Source of the DNA: a virus
Taxonomy: Duplodnaviria > Heunggongvirae > Uroviricota > Caudoviricetes
Virus record (IMG/VR): IMGVR_UViG_3300032323_001205
Location: 26,919-90,918 of that record
DNA length: 64,000 nucleotides
Direction: 5' to 3' (one strand)
Shown here: positions 27,523 to 37,275 of the stretch, piece after piece
How the letters are laid out: each line of letters begins with the position of its first letter
Position numbering within the stretch: position 1 is the first letter of the stretch
Program-made: the position numbers and the translations under genes
The notes under the pieces: model-generated
The model's database searches: none
What the model saw: the letters and a program-made list of their open reading frames with translations, nothing else
Told to the model about the DNA's origin: nothing

Positions 27523-28718
27523 AGTAAAGTTTTGGGCTGTAATATTTGAGCTTGATTAATATTTATCTTTTTGATATTATTTTCTCTATATTTCTTGGTA
27601 TGATACATGTGCGGCATAAGCACTTTCTCAATTTCAGTATGCAATCCTCGTGCTCCAGTCTTTAACTTCATGGTATTTTCAGCTAACTGTTCAATTGCAT
27701 CTTCTGTAAATTCTAAGTCGATTCCATCCAAGCTTAACAAGTATTTGTACTGGTCAATATAATTATTTTTTACTCCAGTCAATACTTCAATCATTTCTTC
27801 TTTAGACAAATTAGAAACACTAACTGTTGTAGTAAAACGACCGATAAACTCAGGAATCATACCAAACTTAGTTAGGTCATCAGGGGTAACATTCGTTAAT
27901 CCTATTTCTTTGCGATTGTCTTTGATTTCAGCGCCAAAACCAATACTAGTACCGTGTTCTCTGTTATTAATTATTTCTTTGAGTCCAACGAATGCGCCGC
28001 CGCCAATAAACAATATGTTTTTTGTGTTTATTTCTAGCATGTCTCCACCGGGATGCTTTCGCCCACCGCTAGCAGGTATACGGCATACAGTTCCTTCAAC
28101 TAGCTTAAGTAGTGCTTGCTGAACGCCCTCACCGGACACATCCCGTGTTATGCTAGCACTCTCACTTTTACGTGCAATCTTGTCAATTTCGTCAACAAAA
28201 ACAATTCCACGTTCTGCTAATTTCGGGTCTCCGCCGGCAGCATTAACTAGCATACTAATCATAGATTCAACATCGTCACCAACATATCCTGCTTCAGTCA
28301 AGCTTGTAGCATCGGCCACTACAAAAGGCACGTTGAGATATTTTGCTACTGTTTTTGCTAATAGTGTTTTACCTGAACCTGTAGGACCAATCAACAACAC
28401 GTTACCTTTAGAGATTTCCAAGTCTTTTGGCGGTTTATTGATACGCTTATAGTGATTAGCAATTGCAACACTTAGCACCATTTTTGCATTGTCTTGGCCT
28501 ATGATATGATTATCTAAATACTCTTTGATAGACTCGGGGTCATATACTATTCCGTCTCCTTTGTTTTCAATTTCAGAAACATCGTCTACAATTAGTTGGT
28601 TACATAATTCTATGCAAGCACTGCATATAGCTACATTCTCACTTACAATTAATTTTTTTACTACGTCTTTGTGGTTACCACAAAAGGAGCAATGATTTAG
28701 TTTTGTATCATTTGACAT
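27519..28718 (-). CDS. clpX: ATP-dependent Clp protease ATP-binding subunit ClpX
   Basis: 399 aa. N-terminal C4 zinc finger ([30 protein letters not shown]), Walker [17 protein letters not shown], Walker [11 protein letters not shown], and a GF loop. Confidence 0.9.
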   Translation of the reverse strand: MSNDTKLNHCSFCGNHKDVVKKLIVSENVAICSACIELCNQLIVDDVSEIENKGDGIVYDPESIKEYLDNHIIGQDNAKMVLSVAIANHYKRINKPPKDLEISKGNVLLIGPTGSGKTLLAKTVAKYLNVPFVVADATSLTEAGYVGDDVESMISMLVNAAGGDPKLAERGIVFVDEIDKIARKSESASITRDVSGEGVQQALLKLVEGTVCRIPASGGRKHPGGDMLEINTKNILFIGGGAFVGLKEIINNREHGTSIGFGAEIKDNRKEIGLTNVTPDDLTKFGMIPEFIGRFTTTVSVSNLSKEEMIEVLTGVKNNYIDQYKYLLSLDGIDLEFTEDAIEQLAENTMKLKTGARGLHTEIEKVLMPHMYHTKKYRENNIKKININQAQILQPKTLL

Positions 28719-28733
28719 GTTTATACTTATCTC

Positions 28734-29738
28734 CTAGTGTCTTGTCGAACATTTTTCTAATTTAACAACTGATAATTCTACTCTATATGCATCCTTAAGT
28801 ACAGCACTTAACACTGAGTTAGGTGAAATAGGTAGAGTTATTAGTCCTTGATCTTGCTGGTTACCGTATAAAACAAAGTTATTACCCAATACATAGTACG
28901 ACGGTTTCTTTCCATTAATAGAATTACTCTCATAGCAATTTCGATATACTTCTACCAGCTGTTTGTTTTTTATGGATAGTTGAATTCTAGCTTCATTGTA
29001 ACCAGTAAATGAATCATTAATTTTATGAACACGCAGAATGTCATTAAATTTATAAACTTCTTTTTTACCAATCAACAAATTGTTAGGGTCCTTAGCCATG
29101 ACAGTAACTGTACCCGATGATGGCTGCATGAATCCATTGCTACCATCTTGTAAAAGACCCAATACTTCATTAAGTGATACTATGTAATTGTAGTTCCAAT
29201 TCATTGAGTATGGGATTCGCAATAACATGTTTCTATGTGCATCTAGTCTAACTTCGTGCATACCTTGACGGATAGAGTATGCCTTCGTAGGATAATCATT
29301 TAAAACAGTGTCGAGAATCCTGTCACCTTGAAGTCTATCTCGGATATAAGATGAATGCTGAACTGTGTGCCGATGTCCTTCTAATTCTTTTATATTCGTA
29401 CCTGACCCTAACAATCTATTTTTAATCTTGCTATCAGAAACAGTAACGTCAACAGTGACCACTATATTCTTTCCGTTAGTAGATTCGGATACAATATTGT
29501 ACTTGTCAATGTAGCCAGAACTAAACACGGAAATTTCGTTCTTCATTAATTTGAGGTTATGCGATTCTCGTTCACTTAAGACAAGACTTCCCATCTTATA
29601 CTCAATAGCTTTAATGAAGGCATTGTGCCTAGCCTGTTCAGATGTAGCACCTACACCAGATACTCTAATAATGTCACTATTAGAGGTAGTAGCGCAACCC
29701 CCAAGCAAAAAGCTTGCCAATAGTATAATAAATTTCAT
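28734..29738 (-). CDS. Lipoprotein with LPP20-like N-terminal domain
   Basis: 334 aa. Lipobox LLGGC at the signal-peptide end. IRVSGVGATSEQARHNAFIKAIEY resembles the LPP20/FlgO-type VxGxG...A...A pattern. Confidence 0.55.
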   Translation of the reverse strand: MKFIILLASFLLGGCATTSNSDIIRVSGVGATSEQARHNAFIKAIEYKMGSLVLSERESHNLKLMKNEISVFSSGYIDKYNIVSESTNGKNIVVTVDVTVSDSKIKNRLLGSGTNIKELEGHRHTVQHSSYIRDRLQGDRILDTVLNDYPTKAYSIRQGMHEVRLDAHRNMLLRIPYSMNWNYNYIVSLNEVLGLLQDGSNGFMQPSSGTVTVMAKDPNNLLIGKKEVYKFNDILRVHKINDSFTGYNEARIQLSIKNKQLVEVYRNCYESNSINGKKPSYYVLGNNFVLYGNQQDQGLITLPISPNSVLSAVLKDAYRVELSVVKLEKCSTRH

Positions 29739-30397
29739 TATTGTTGAATGAAACGACTACGCAAGTAATTGCTTGCCCGTTCACTATTAGTATCCCATCT
29801 GATAACAACTTTAACAGTTTGTGGGCCTACAATTTCTTCATTGATGGTTCTAGCACCTTTGACGATGCCTTGTGCGTTAGTACGTACCGTGTCAGTCATT
29901 GTTCTAACTGTATCACTGGTATTTTTGCGTACAGCAATGTTGGTATCCTTCATTGCTTCTTCGTCAGTCATTTCGAATTCTTCATCACGCTTGATACGGC
30001 GTTTGATATTATCTTCTGCCTTCTCAATATTCTTAGCAATAGTGGTAGTTACTCTAGTTGATGAAATATCTTGTTTTACAAAACGAATCAACTTATCAAG
30101 TGCTTGGTCGTGTGCTACTTTGAATGCAGTCTCACGCATGACCTCACTAGCACCAAATGAAGGCGCATAACCTGTTACTTCGATTGCTTTGATATCACTC
30201 TTAATGCATGTTGCATCAAATACACCGGTAAAATATTTACAGTCCCATTCGATTTTGATACCTTGCCGTTTGAAACTAGAACTTAGTTTTTGCGCATTCA
30301 GTGCTTCGATGGGTGCCGATTCCACTGTTGCTTTTTTAGCAGATGAACATCCTGCCAAAGCAATAACTGTTGCAATAGCAATTAACGTGAGTTTCAT
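29738..30397 (-). CDS. Lipoprotein with LPP20-like N-terminal domain
   Basis: 219 aa. Lipobox ALAGC. IEVTGYAPSFGASEVMRETAFKVAHDQALDKL. Driven by class-2 promoter 30427-30455. Confidence 0.55.
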   Translation of the reverse strand: MKLTLIAIATVIALAGCSSAKKATVESAPIEALNAQKLSSSFKRQGIKIEWDCKYFTGVFDATCIKSDIKAIEVTGYAPSFGASEVMRETAFKVAHDQALDKLIRFVKQDISSTRVTTTIAKNIEKAEDNIKRRIKRDEEFEMTDEEAMKDTNIAVRKNTSDTVRTMTDTVRTNAQGIVKGARTINEEIVGPQTVKVVIRWDTNSERASNYLRSRFIQQ

Positions 30398-30426
30398 TTA
30401 AATCTCCAAATAGTTGATAATAGTTT

Positions 30427-30455
30427 ATTATAACGTATATTTGAATTTAAATCAA
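30427..30455 (-). promoter_or_regulatory. Sigma70-like promoter, class 2 (TTGATT-N17-TATAAT)
   Basis: Near-identical 34-nt copy of the 14597 element. Confidence 0.5.
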
Positions 30456-32074
30456 GATTTTTGGTTCTGTAAGTGTTGTTCTATTTGGGCACGTTCGTTG
30501 TCAGACAGTAACTCAACATCGTATTCGCCCTTTTCTAGTTTCTCAACCAAATATTGTATGTACTTTTGATCATGCAAATAGGTATCAGATTGGTTCTTGT
30601 TGACCTCGATCCATCTAGCACCGTCAAATTTAAACACTCGGTTCGGCAACACATCCACGCGGGTGAATACATCACCTTTTCTAGATTGCTCAGGAAATTT
30701 AATTCCAAATCCCGTGCTTATTCCGGTAGTATCCGGTGATAGTCTAAACAACTCTGGGTGTAAACTTTTTAATGCATCAATATGAATAGATTTTCCATCA
30801 TACAACACATAGTCACCTTCTGATTCCTTGTACAGTTTTTCAGGAGCCTTCTTCTCAACAGTGACACCATCCGTAACAATCTCTATGTTATCAGCAGTTA
30901 CAGTTTGGTCAACTTTAGGTTCAACTATAACTTCAGGTTTGTACACTATTGGAATTAAATCTTTAAAGTGGCTAAACGGTTGATTCAAATAAGGATGTAG
31001 TTCTGCTAGTGTCTTTTCAGGCTGCACGATTGGTTCAGGTGCAACAAATTTCCAAACTACTCCCTCAATATTATCTATTACATCACATTGTTTGTTAGGA
31101 CAGAACAGTCCGATACCAGGAGCATCCATTAATATTGTACCACATTTATGACACTCGATAGGCTCATCTGGAAGTAACTCTGATTTAGTAATTAACTCGC
31201 CAGTGGGCAAATCTTCCTTAGCAGTTTCTTGAACTTGTACAAGTTGTTTATCGGTTAGTGGCCCGTCATCGGGCTCGTATACTGGTTCGTCTTTAACAGG
31301 TTCTTCTTTATCCCATTTTTTACTTGCATTAGCCGCAAGTACAAGTGCGATAGCTAATGGATCAAACACAACAACTAATAATATAATAACCCATCTAACA
31401 GCAGATTCTAGTGTATTGTTGTCACTAGTGTCTCCGTAAATCAATGCGGCAATGTACTTAATAGGTCCAACTTCTGCTTCTACTTTACGATTCTCAGCCG
31501 CAATAGGTGCTCGTTCTTCATTTAGTTTAGCGATCTCTTTTTGAGCATCACTAATATCTTTTTGTAATTTACTACGTTCACCGGCTTGCTGTCTACGAAT
31601 CTGTACAGCACGTTCGGCACTAGTTTCACTATCACCGCGACTTAAACGTTGATCAACTTGGTTGTCCATTTGAGTCAATGCTTTACGTGCTAGTTCAATG
31701 TTGTCTCTTTGTGTTTTTATTTTTTCATCATATAGACTTAGTTTAGCTTGCACATCCCCGGATACCAATCCACTATCCATGTGTGCCTTACTTAAGAAGC
31801 CAAAAATGCCCATACTAGTAAGCAGAGCAAGTGCAATAACAGCGGGAACTAGATAGAGTTTAAGTAACCAACTAGCACGATGCCAATATTTATGTAACCA
31901 TACTGTGGTTGTGATCTTACCTATTTCAAGGATACCACCCATAATGATAACAGGAATAACCGCACCTGCAAAGATAGCGGTTAAACCTATAATACTATAC
32001 CATGCCGCTACTGAACTAAGTGATAGTGCAACAAGTAATGTAATATTAGAAAATGATAAAAATTTAAGGCGCAT
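30452..32074 (-). CDS. Polytopic membrane protein with central coiled coil and C-terminal Cys-motif domain
   Basis: 540 aa. Three N-terminal TM segments, a ~150-aa heptad region, another TM, then CHKCG...CPNKQC. Confidence 0.55.
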   Translation of the reverse strand: MRLKFLSFSNITLLVALSLSSVAAWYSIIGLTAIFAGAVIPVIIMGGILEIGKITTTVWLHKYWHRASWLLKLYLVPAVIALALLTSMGIFGFLSKAHMDSGLVSGDVQAKLSLYDEKIKTQRDNIELARKALTQMDNQVDQRLSRGDSETSAERAVQIRRQQAGERSKLQKDISDAQKEIAKLNEERAPIAAENRKVEAEVGPIKYIAALIYGDTSDNNTLESAVRWVIILLVVVFDPLAIALVLAANASKKWDKEEPVKDEPVYEPDDGPLTDKQLVQVQETAKEDLPTGELITKSELLPDEPIECHKCGTILMDAPGIGLFCPNKQCDVIDNIEGVVWKFVAPEPIVQPEKTLAELHPYLNQPFSHFKDLIPIVYKPEVIVEPKVDQTVTADNIEIVTDGVTVEKKAPEKLYKESEGDYVLYDGKSIHIDALKSLHPELFRLSPDTTGISTGFGIKFPEQSRKGDVFTRVDVLPNRVFKFDGARWIEVNKNQSDTYLHDQKYIQYLVEKLEKGEYDVELLSDNERAQIEQHLQNQKS

Positions 32075-32081
32075 CTAATAT

Positions 32082-32291
32082 TTAGTCTGTGTCTACGTCA
32101 AATAAATGACTATAATATTCCATAAATTCACGAATAGCCATTACTTGTTTTCTAGGAACACTAGGACCAATTGTCACATGAAACGTAACTAATTTATCAC
32201 CCCTGTCCTCATCGGTATCTTTAACTTGAATAACTTCAATCTTGGCGCCGTCTTCAAATGTAAATGATTTACCTACTAATTCATGTGTCAT
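32082..32291 (-). CDS. Hypothetical protein
   Basis: 69 aa ORF. Confidence 0.4.
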   Translation of the reverse strand: MTHELVGKSFTFEDGAKIEVIQVKDTDEDRGDKLVTFHVTIGPSVPRKQVMAIREFMEYYSHLFDVDTD

Positions 32292-32296
32292 AGTTA

Positions 32297-33571
32297 TTAT
32301 TTATTGTTATGGTATACATCAAATTGTGACCACTGACCACGCCAGTTGTCATGCTCACTATCCATACCTTCGTCATCAAGTTCAACACCGTCATACACTA
32401 ATCGTGTAGTGACTGATGTACCTTGAACATCCCAGTATAATGCTTTAAGTTTCTTAGGTTCAAACACACCTTCAATAGTTGTTTGAATACAACTACCCTT
32501 GCCACCTTGTGTCCACATCAACCAATAACCCTTACCTAGATACTCTGGATATAGTTCTTCCTGTTCTTCTGTAGCATCATAAAGACTATCTTCTTCACCG
32601 TGTGCTTCACTAAAGAATGATTCTAAATCACCCTCATAGATAGTCTCACCTTCGCTATTCTCAATAGTCATGTGAGTATCATCTTGGTCAAATCCCCAGA
32701 GTGAAATCTTGTCTTGGTACTCATAATAAGGCAGATCAAATCGTGCCGCTTTAGGAGTCTCGTTATCATCGTAATCGTAATTCTCATTAAGGGCATCGCT
32801 CAAATCACCTTCGTGTTCTTCACTACTCCAATATTCGTATTGTGCTTTCTTAATCTTATGTACGCCAATCTCACGGGTACGACCCCAGATACGAATTGTA
32901 TATGTATCTTCGGGATAACTTTCTTTCAATGAACTCTCATCTTCGCCATATTCAAAGGGCCATTTAGCAGAGGGAGTGGCCACCGGTAGTTGTTCAAACT
33001 CACGTTTAAGTTCTTCCAAATCTGCTTCTAAATCAGCCCCAACAACCAATTCTTCATCTTCTGAAGCTTCTTTAGCCCAACGTGCCGTACGTTCAGCACT
33101 TTCTTTTTCTTTCTGAATACCAAACTCAGTTAGTTCAGTATCACTCTCGCAATACTTGCACACCTTTCTAGGTTCATCTATCTCATTTCCGTCTTTATCT
33201 TCCCACGACCAATCAGCTTCGTATTCACTGCCTTCCCACTTGCAATTGGTACACTTGTGTGTTGGTGGGTCGGGTTCAGGTTCGTGATGCCAGCTGTTTT
33301 CGTCGCCTAGTTCGTATGTAACATCGTAACCGCCTTTGCGATCAGTCCAGCAGTCATCATACTGGAAGTCCCACTCAATCTCTACATCATTTTCGTAAGC
33401 ATCATTAAGTACATCTTCAAAGTCATAGGTACCATCAGCAATACCATCTAGTATTACTTTAATCTCATCTTCATCCTTATCAGGATAGATTTCACTTAAT
33501 AGTGCTTCATCAAGTTCAATTGCGTATTGGCGATCATGTTGATGCCATTCATGTTTTACAATTGTTACCAT
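32297..33571 (-). CDS. Highly acidic Trp-rich protein with CxxC zinc-ribbon
   Basis: 424 aa, about 30 percent D/E. CTNCKWEG...CKYCESD. Strong AAGGAGG Shine-Dalgarno. Confidence 0.55.
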   Translation of the reverse strand: MVTIVKHEWHQHDRQYAIELDEALLSEIYPDKDEDEIKVILDGIADGTYDFEDVLNDAYENDVEIEWDFQYDDCWTDRKGGYDVTYELGDENSWHHEPEPDPPTHKCTNCKWEGSEYEADWSWEDKDGNEIDEPRKVCKYCESDTELTEFGIQKEKESAERTARWAKEASEDEELVVGADLEADLEELKREFEQLPVATPSAKWPFEYGEDESSLKESYPEDTYTIRIWGRTREIGVHKIKKAQYEYWSSEEHEGDLSDALNENYDYDDNETPKAARFDLPYYEYQDKISLWGFDQDDTHMTIENSEGETIYEGDLESFFSEAHGEEDSLYDATEEQEELYPEYLGKGYWLMWTQGGKGSCIQTTIEGVFEPKKLKALYWDVQGTSVTTRLVYDGVELDDEGMDSEHDNWRGQWSQFDVYHNNK

Positions 33572-33686
33572 TATGCGCCTCCTTAGCGTTCTGATAAATT
33601 TTCTTTATTAAATCTACAATAGGGCGTATGATCCATACTCCCCATATGATGCCACATATAAAATATGCAAACTCGTTGAATGTCAT
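33549..33686 (-). CDS. Possible 45-aa single-TM micro-ORF overlapping the start of 32297..33571
   Basis: My translation is MTFNEFAYFICGIIWGVWIIRPIVDLIKKIYQNAKEAHNGNNCKT. Its ATG overlaps the stop of the SPFH gene as ATGA. Confidence 0.25.
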   Translation of the reverse strand: MTFNEFAYFICGIIWGVWIIRPIVDLIKKIYQNAKEAHNGNNCKT

Positions 33687-34480
33687 TTTGGTAGCATCAA
33701 ACTAGTCATATTGCTAGGAACAACAATGGTCTGCACTTTGCCGTTCTTGATACCTTCACTGATATTGAGAGCGGCTTGAGCATTCATGAATGCAATAGAA
33801 CTAGCTGAGTTATTAGCTAGAGCAGCCATACGGCGTGCTTCTGCTTCAGCAGTTTTAACTTCGATTTCTTTCTGCTTGAGTTCGTTCTTGCTACGAACCA
33901 GTTCGTTAGCACTTGCAACAACACTATCAGCAGGAGTGATATTACGAATCATAACCTGTGTGATAGTAATACTACCATCTAGCTTTTCTTCAGCAAGGTT
34001 CTTGGTGATTTCTTCCTTGATCATGTTCTCCATCTCAGTGCGATTGTCTGCCATGTCAAGTGCTTCATATTTACGTGCAGCCTTGTAGATAGCATTACGG
34101 GCATTCTGGACAACATAGTTGTACATCAAGTACACATCACCTTTGTGTTCTGCGTGGAAGCTACGATTCTTGCTACTGTAGAGTTCAGCGGCTTGATTCT
34201 TGTTGATGTTGTAGACAATCACAGCATCCACATCTTTCATGGTACTGTTGTCTTTAGCCACGGGAGTCATGTTGTCAATAGACACGTTGACATCCTTGTA
34301 GGGGAAAGTAAGAACATCACCGATGATAACCTGATTGAATGTGCCAGGCTCTAGTTCACCGGGTTTAACCTGCTTATCAAAGCCCACACGCACACCAACC
34401 TCACCAGTTTCAATGCGGGTACAAGCAGAAGTAAGTGCAACTGCGGCAGCAACAATAGAAAGTTTAATAACACGATTCAT
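33683..34480 (-). CDS. SPFH/band-7 (stomatin/prohibitin-like) protein with signal peptide
   Basis: 265 aa. Signal peptide/anchor MNRVIKLSIVAAAVALTSAC. SPFH-like block TGEVGVRVGFDKQVKPGELEPGTFNQVIIGDVLTFPYKDVNVSI and a C-terminal coiled coil. Confidence 0.5.
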   Translation of the reverse strand: MNRVIKLSIVAAAVALTSACTRIETGEVGVRVGFDKQVKPGELEPGTFNQVIIGDVLTFPYKDVNVSIDNMTPVAKDNSTMKDVDAVIVYNINKNQAAELYSSKNRSFHAEHKGDVYLMYNYVVQNARNAIYKAARKYEALDMADNRTEMENMIKEEITKNLAEEKLDGSITITQVMIRNITPADSVVASANELVRSKNELKQKEIEVKTAEAEARRMAALANNSASSIAFMNAQAALNISEGIKNGKVQTIVVPSNMTSLMLPK

Positions 34481-34575
34481 TTAAATAACTCCAGTAGAAA
34501 AAAGTAAAAAACACACAACAAAGCCCAAAGCAAAATACAAGGGCCTTAGCCAACGATCATTAAGCATATGATTCC

Positions 34576-34752
34576 TTAAAAAATAACAACGATTGAAATT
34601 AATACCGCAACCGTCAGTATAGCACATAGTATACTATACCCTACAATTTTTGTCAAGGCTAATGCCTCTTTACCTGTAATATTTCTTAGGGTTTTGATAC
34701 CCAAAAAGAATAGTACAAAAATTAATACAAAAAATAGCAAAACTTTAATCAT
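34576..34752 (-). CDS. 58-aa two-TM micro-protein (below track cutoff)
   Basis: My translation is MIKVLLFFVLIFVLFFLGIKTLRNITGKEALALTKIVGYSILCAILTVAVLISIVVIF. Its ATG overlaps the stop of 34749..35015 as ATGA. Confidence 0.4.
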   Translation of the reverse strand: MIKVLLFFVLIFVLFFLGIKTLRNITGKEALALTKIVGYSILCAILTVAVLISIVVIF

Positions 34753-35015
34753 TCTTCAACTCCGAAATGTTCTAAAATCAATTCTCTCGCTTGGTTCAAA
34801 CCACCAAGATTAGTTGTAACGCCTTCACTAAACTGTAACTCACAGTCTTTGTTAATAACTGCGGCACATTCACGCACAATCTTCTCAGCGAAACGCTCCA
34901 AATCAACCATTACACTACTGTATGGATCACCATTCTTTAACTTATCGTAAGGATCTGTGATACAATCATATATGCCACCTGTGATGGCTAAATCTCTAAT
35001 CAGTTGTTTGTTCAT
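34749..35015 (-). CDS. Small protein, HFGVEE paralog family (copy A)
   Basis: 88 aa. Shares ...FAEKIVRECA... and C-terminal LEHFGVEE with 35012..35233 and 38583..38786. Confidence 0.55.
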   Translation of the reverse strand: MNKQLIRDLAITGGIYDCITDPYDKLKNGDPYSSVMVDLERFAEKIVRECAAVINKDCELQFSEGVTTNLGGLNQARELILEHFGVEE

Positions 35016-35233
35016 TCTTCAACTCCAAAATGTTCTTTAATCAATACAGGCACTCGATTAATAGTGGAATCCACGCTGATTGCCCATTCAACAACAGTCT
35101 GACATTCCTGCACAATCAACTCGGCGAACTTTTCCAGTCTTTCATGATGACGCCAAATATTAATATTATTGTCGTGTGGATATGCCTGTTCAGCAAGTTC
35201 TTTAATTCGTTCGTTCATCTGGATCTTTCTCAT
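35012..35233 (-). CDS. Small protein, HFGVEE paralog family (copy B)
   Basis: 73 aa. ...KFAELIVQEC... KEHFGVEE. Confidence 0.55.
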   Translation of the reverse strand: MRKIQMNERIKELAEQAYPHDNNINIWRHHERLEKFAELIVQECQTVVEWAISVDSTINRVPVLIKEHFGVEE

Positions 35234-35405
35234 AACAGGTTAAACATACAGCATCATGGCGTGGACCCATACAATGATAGACGGCGCCGTTACAATACTT
35301 ACAAAGAATAAACGCATGGGTGACAATATAACCTTCGCCAGGCGCATACAAAGGATAAAATCCTTCTTCCCGTTCTGTATAACCAATTAGTTTACGGTCG
35401 GTCAT
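35202..35405 (-). CDS. Cys-rich zinc-ribbon protein
   Basis: 67 aa. CKYCNGAVYHC ... CLTC. Confidence 0.4.
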   Translation of the reverse strand: MTDRKLIGYTEREEGFYPLYAPGEGYIVTHAFILCKYCNGAVYHCMGPRHDAVCLTCYEKDPDERTN

Positions 35406-36751
35406 TTGTCATCACGAAACCGAACAAAGCGAGGGAAACGCAAGCTATAAGTACCATCTTGGTTCTGTGTAATCACATCACACAAGACCTCAGCAGTTCG
35501 ACCAATAACCAAATTGCGATTAGTCCAATAGTCATCTCTATCATCGTCACTGAAACCACTACCAACATTGACTGAGATTTCTTTCCCATCATCTACTCCT
35601 GCACAAACAAGTGCTCCCAGACGTCCAACATTACGACCAGTACCTTCTTCAACACCCACGACTTCCAAGTCTACAGTAATAGTGGGCTTCCACTTCATCC
35701 AATCAGTGCTACGCTTACACTGATATGGGGCTTCCAACTCTTTAATCATGATGCCTTCGAAACCTGCATTCACATTGTCTTTGGCATAACGCATCAATCG
35801 ATCCTTACCTGCCGCAGTATCGAGGTCTACCATGATATGTGGCAGTAGTTCAACGTTAGGCATATTGTGAATCACAGGTCGCATATTATCTAATAGTGCA
35901 ATACGCTTACGCAATTGAGCATTCCAATGACCACGACGGAAGTCTTGTAGTGGAATAATGTCAAAGATATTAAACACACTGTCATCGGCTTGAACGTCAC
36001 TCTTACGGCGTGCTTGTCGCATAAGTTCTTGGAATGTATTACCAATTACTTCACCGTCAAGTACAAAACCATCGACTAGACTACGACCTTGATCTACTCC
36101 TGCACATGCACGAACCAACGTCAAAAAGTTACTGCGAATTTGTTCTTCAATGTGACCAAAGTTATCAAACTGTTTGCCGTTACGACTAAAACAAATAGTA
36201 GTTATGTCACCATCGTCACTAGGAATTACCATAAACAATGCACGAACACCATCTAGTTTAGGTTCAAGACGTTTGATACCCTTCATTTCAGGGCGACCTT
36301 CACTATTAGTTGCCAGTTGACAGCCAAAGATTGGAATCTCGTAATCAGTACCTTTACAAATTTTGTTGATTGTTTTATCACTAATACCTGCCCGCATGTC
36401 TCTACGCAATACAGGAGCAAGGAATTTATTCCATTCATTGCTATCAAAACGTTCTGCCATTTCCTGAATAGCATCACGTGCGGCATGACCTGTCAATCTA
36501 CGTTGACTTAGTTGTAGCATCAATTCGTTGAATTCACTCCATGGATTTTCTGCATCAGTGATACCAACTGTGTCAGGAATTTGCTTGACACCGAAAGTTA
36601 CATAGGGGTTATAACAGGCTTTGAGAAAGCCTAGAAATACTTGACTGTTTGTACTACCTAGGACGCTTGCCTCTAATGCTTGTTTGATAACATCTTCCTT
36701 GTGCAGGCGGCTATCTGATTCATTTAATTTATTAATCCAACTTGCTGACAT
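35402..36751 (-). CDS. ATP-dependent DNA ligase
   Basis: 449 aa. Motif I EPKLDGVRAL (KxDG) with adenylation-domain context. Confidence 0.8.
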   Translation of the reverse strand: MSASWINKLNESDSRLHKEDVIKQALEASVLGSTNSQVFLGFLKACYNPYVTFGVKQIPDTVGITDAENPWSEFNELMLQLSQRRLTGHAARDAIQEMAERFDSNEWNKFLAPVLRRDMRAGISDKTINKICKGTDYEIPIFGCQLATNSEGRPEMKGIKRLEPKLDGVRALFMVIPSDDGDITTICFSRNGKQFDNFGHIEEQIRSNFLTLVRACAGVDQGRSLVDGFVLDGEVIGNTFQELMRQARRKSDVQADDSVFNIFDIIPLQDFRRGHWNAQLRKRIALLDNMRPVIHNMPNVELLPHIMVDLDTAAGKDRLMRYAKDNVNAGFEGIMIKELEAPYQCKRSTDWMKWKPTITVDLEVVGVEEGTGRNVGRLGALVCAGVDDGKEISVNVGSGFSDDDRDDYWTNRNLVIGRTAEVLCDVITQNQDGTYSLRFPRFVRFRDDK

Positions 36752-36754
36752 ATT

Positions 36755-37267
36755 TTATCCTGAGAATGGCCACGCTATTGTTGCTTCAAAAGGTGGACGG
36801 GGTTTTAATTCAACTTCTTCAATAGATTCATTATACTCGTTTTCGTCAATTTTGTCAACCTTATAAGGACCATATATAGTTACACTATCATAGTCAACTT
36901 GCCAATTATGGTCACCATCATATAACCAGGCTGCACCCGATCTTTCATACTCATCATTTGGGTTACCGTCATTCCAGAAATTTTCAATTTGTTCTTTTTC
37001 TTCTTCTGTAAAACTATCATCAAACTCAAAATCTACTGAACAAAGGTCCTCAAGTTCACAACCCCAACCAATTTGAGGATCAACCGAATGTTCTCTGTCA
37101 TCGCTATATGGAAGTTCATCTTCGTTCTCAACAAATCCTTGACCCCAACGATATAGTTCGGTGACACTCCAACTACGAATGTTACCCTGTTCGTCTTTGC
37201 TGTAAACATCATAAAATGCTTCAATAGATTTCTTATCTACTGGTCTAATACGATATAGTATTGCCAT
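36755..37267 (-). CDS. Hypothetical acidic protein
   Basis: 170 aa, D/E/W-rich. Confidence 0.45.
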   Translation of the reverse strand: MAILYRIRPVDKKSIEAFYDVYSKDEQGNIRSWSVTELYRWGQGFVENEDELPYSDDREHSVDPQIGWGCELEDLCSVDFEFDDSFTEEEKEQIENFWNDGNPNDEYERSGAAWLYDGDHNWQVDYDSVTIYGPYKVDKIDENEYNESIEEVELKPRPPFEATIAWPFSG

Positions 37268-37275
37268 ATATTTCC

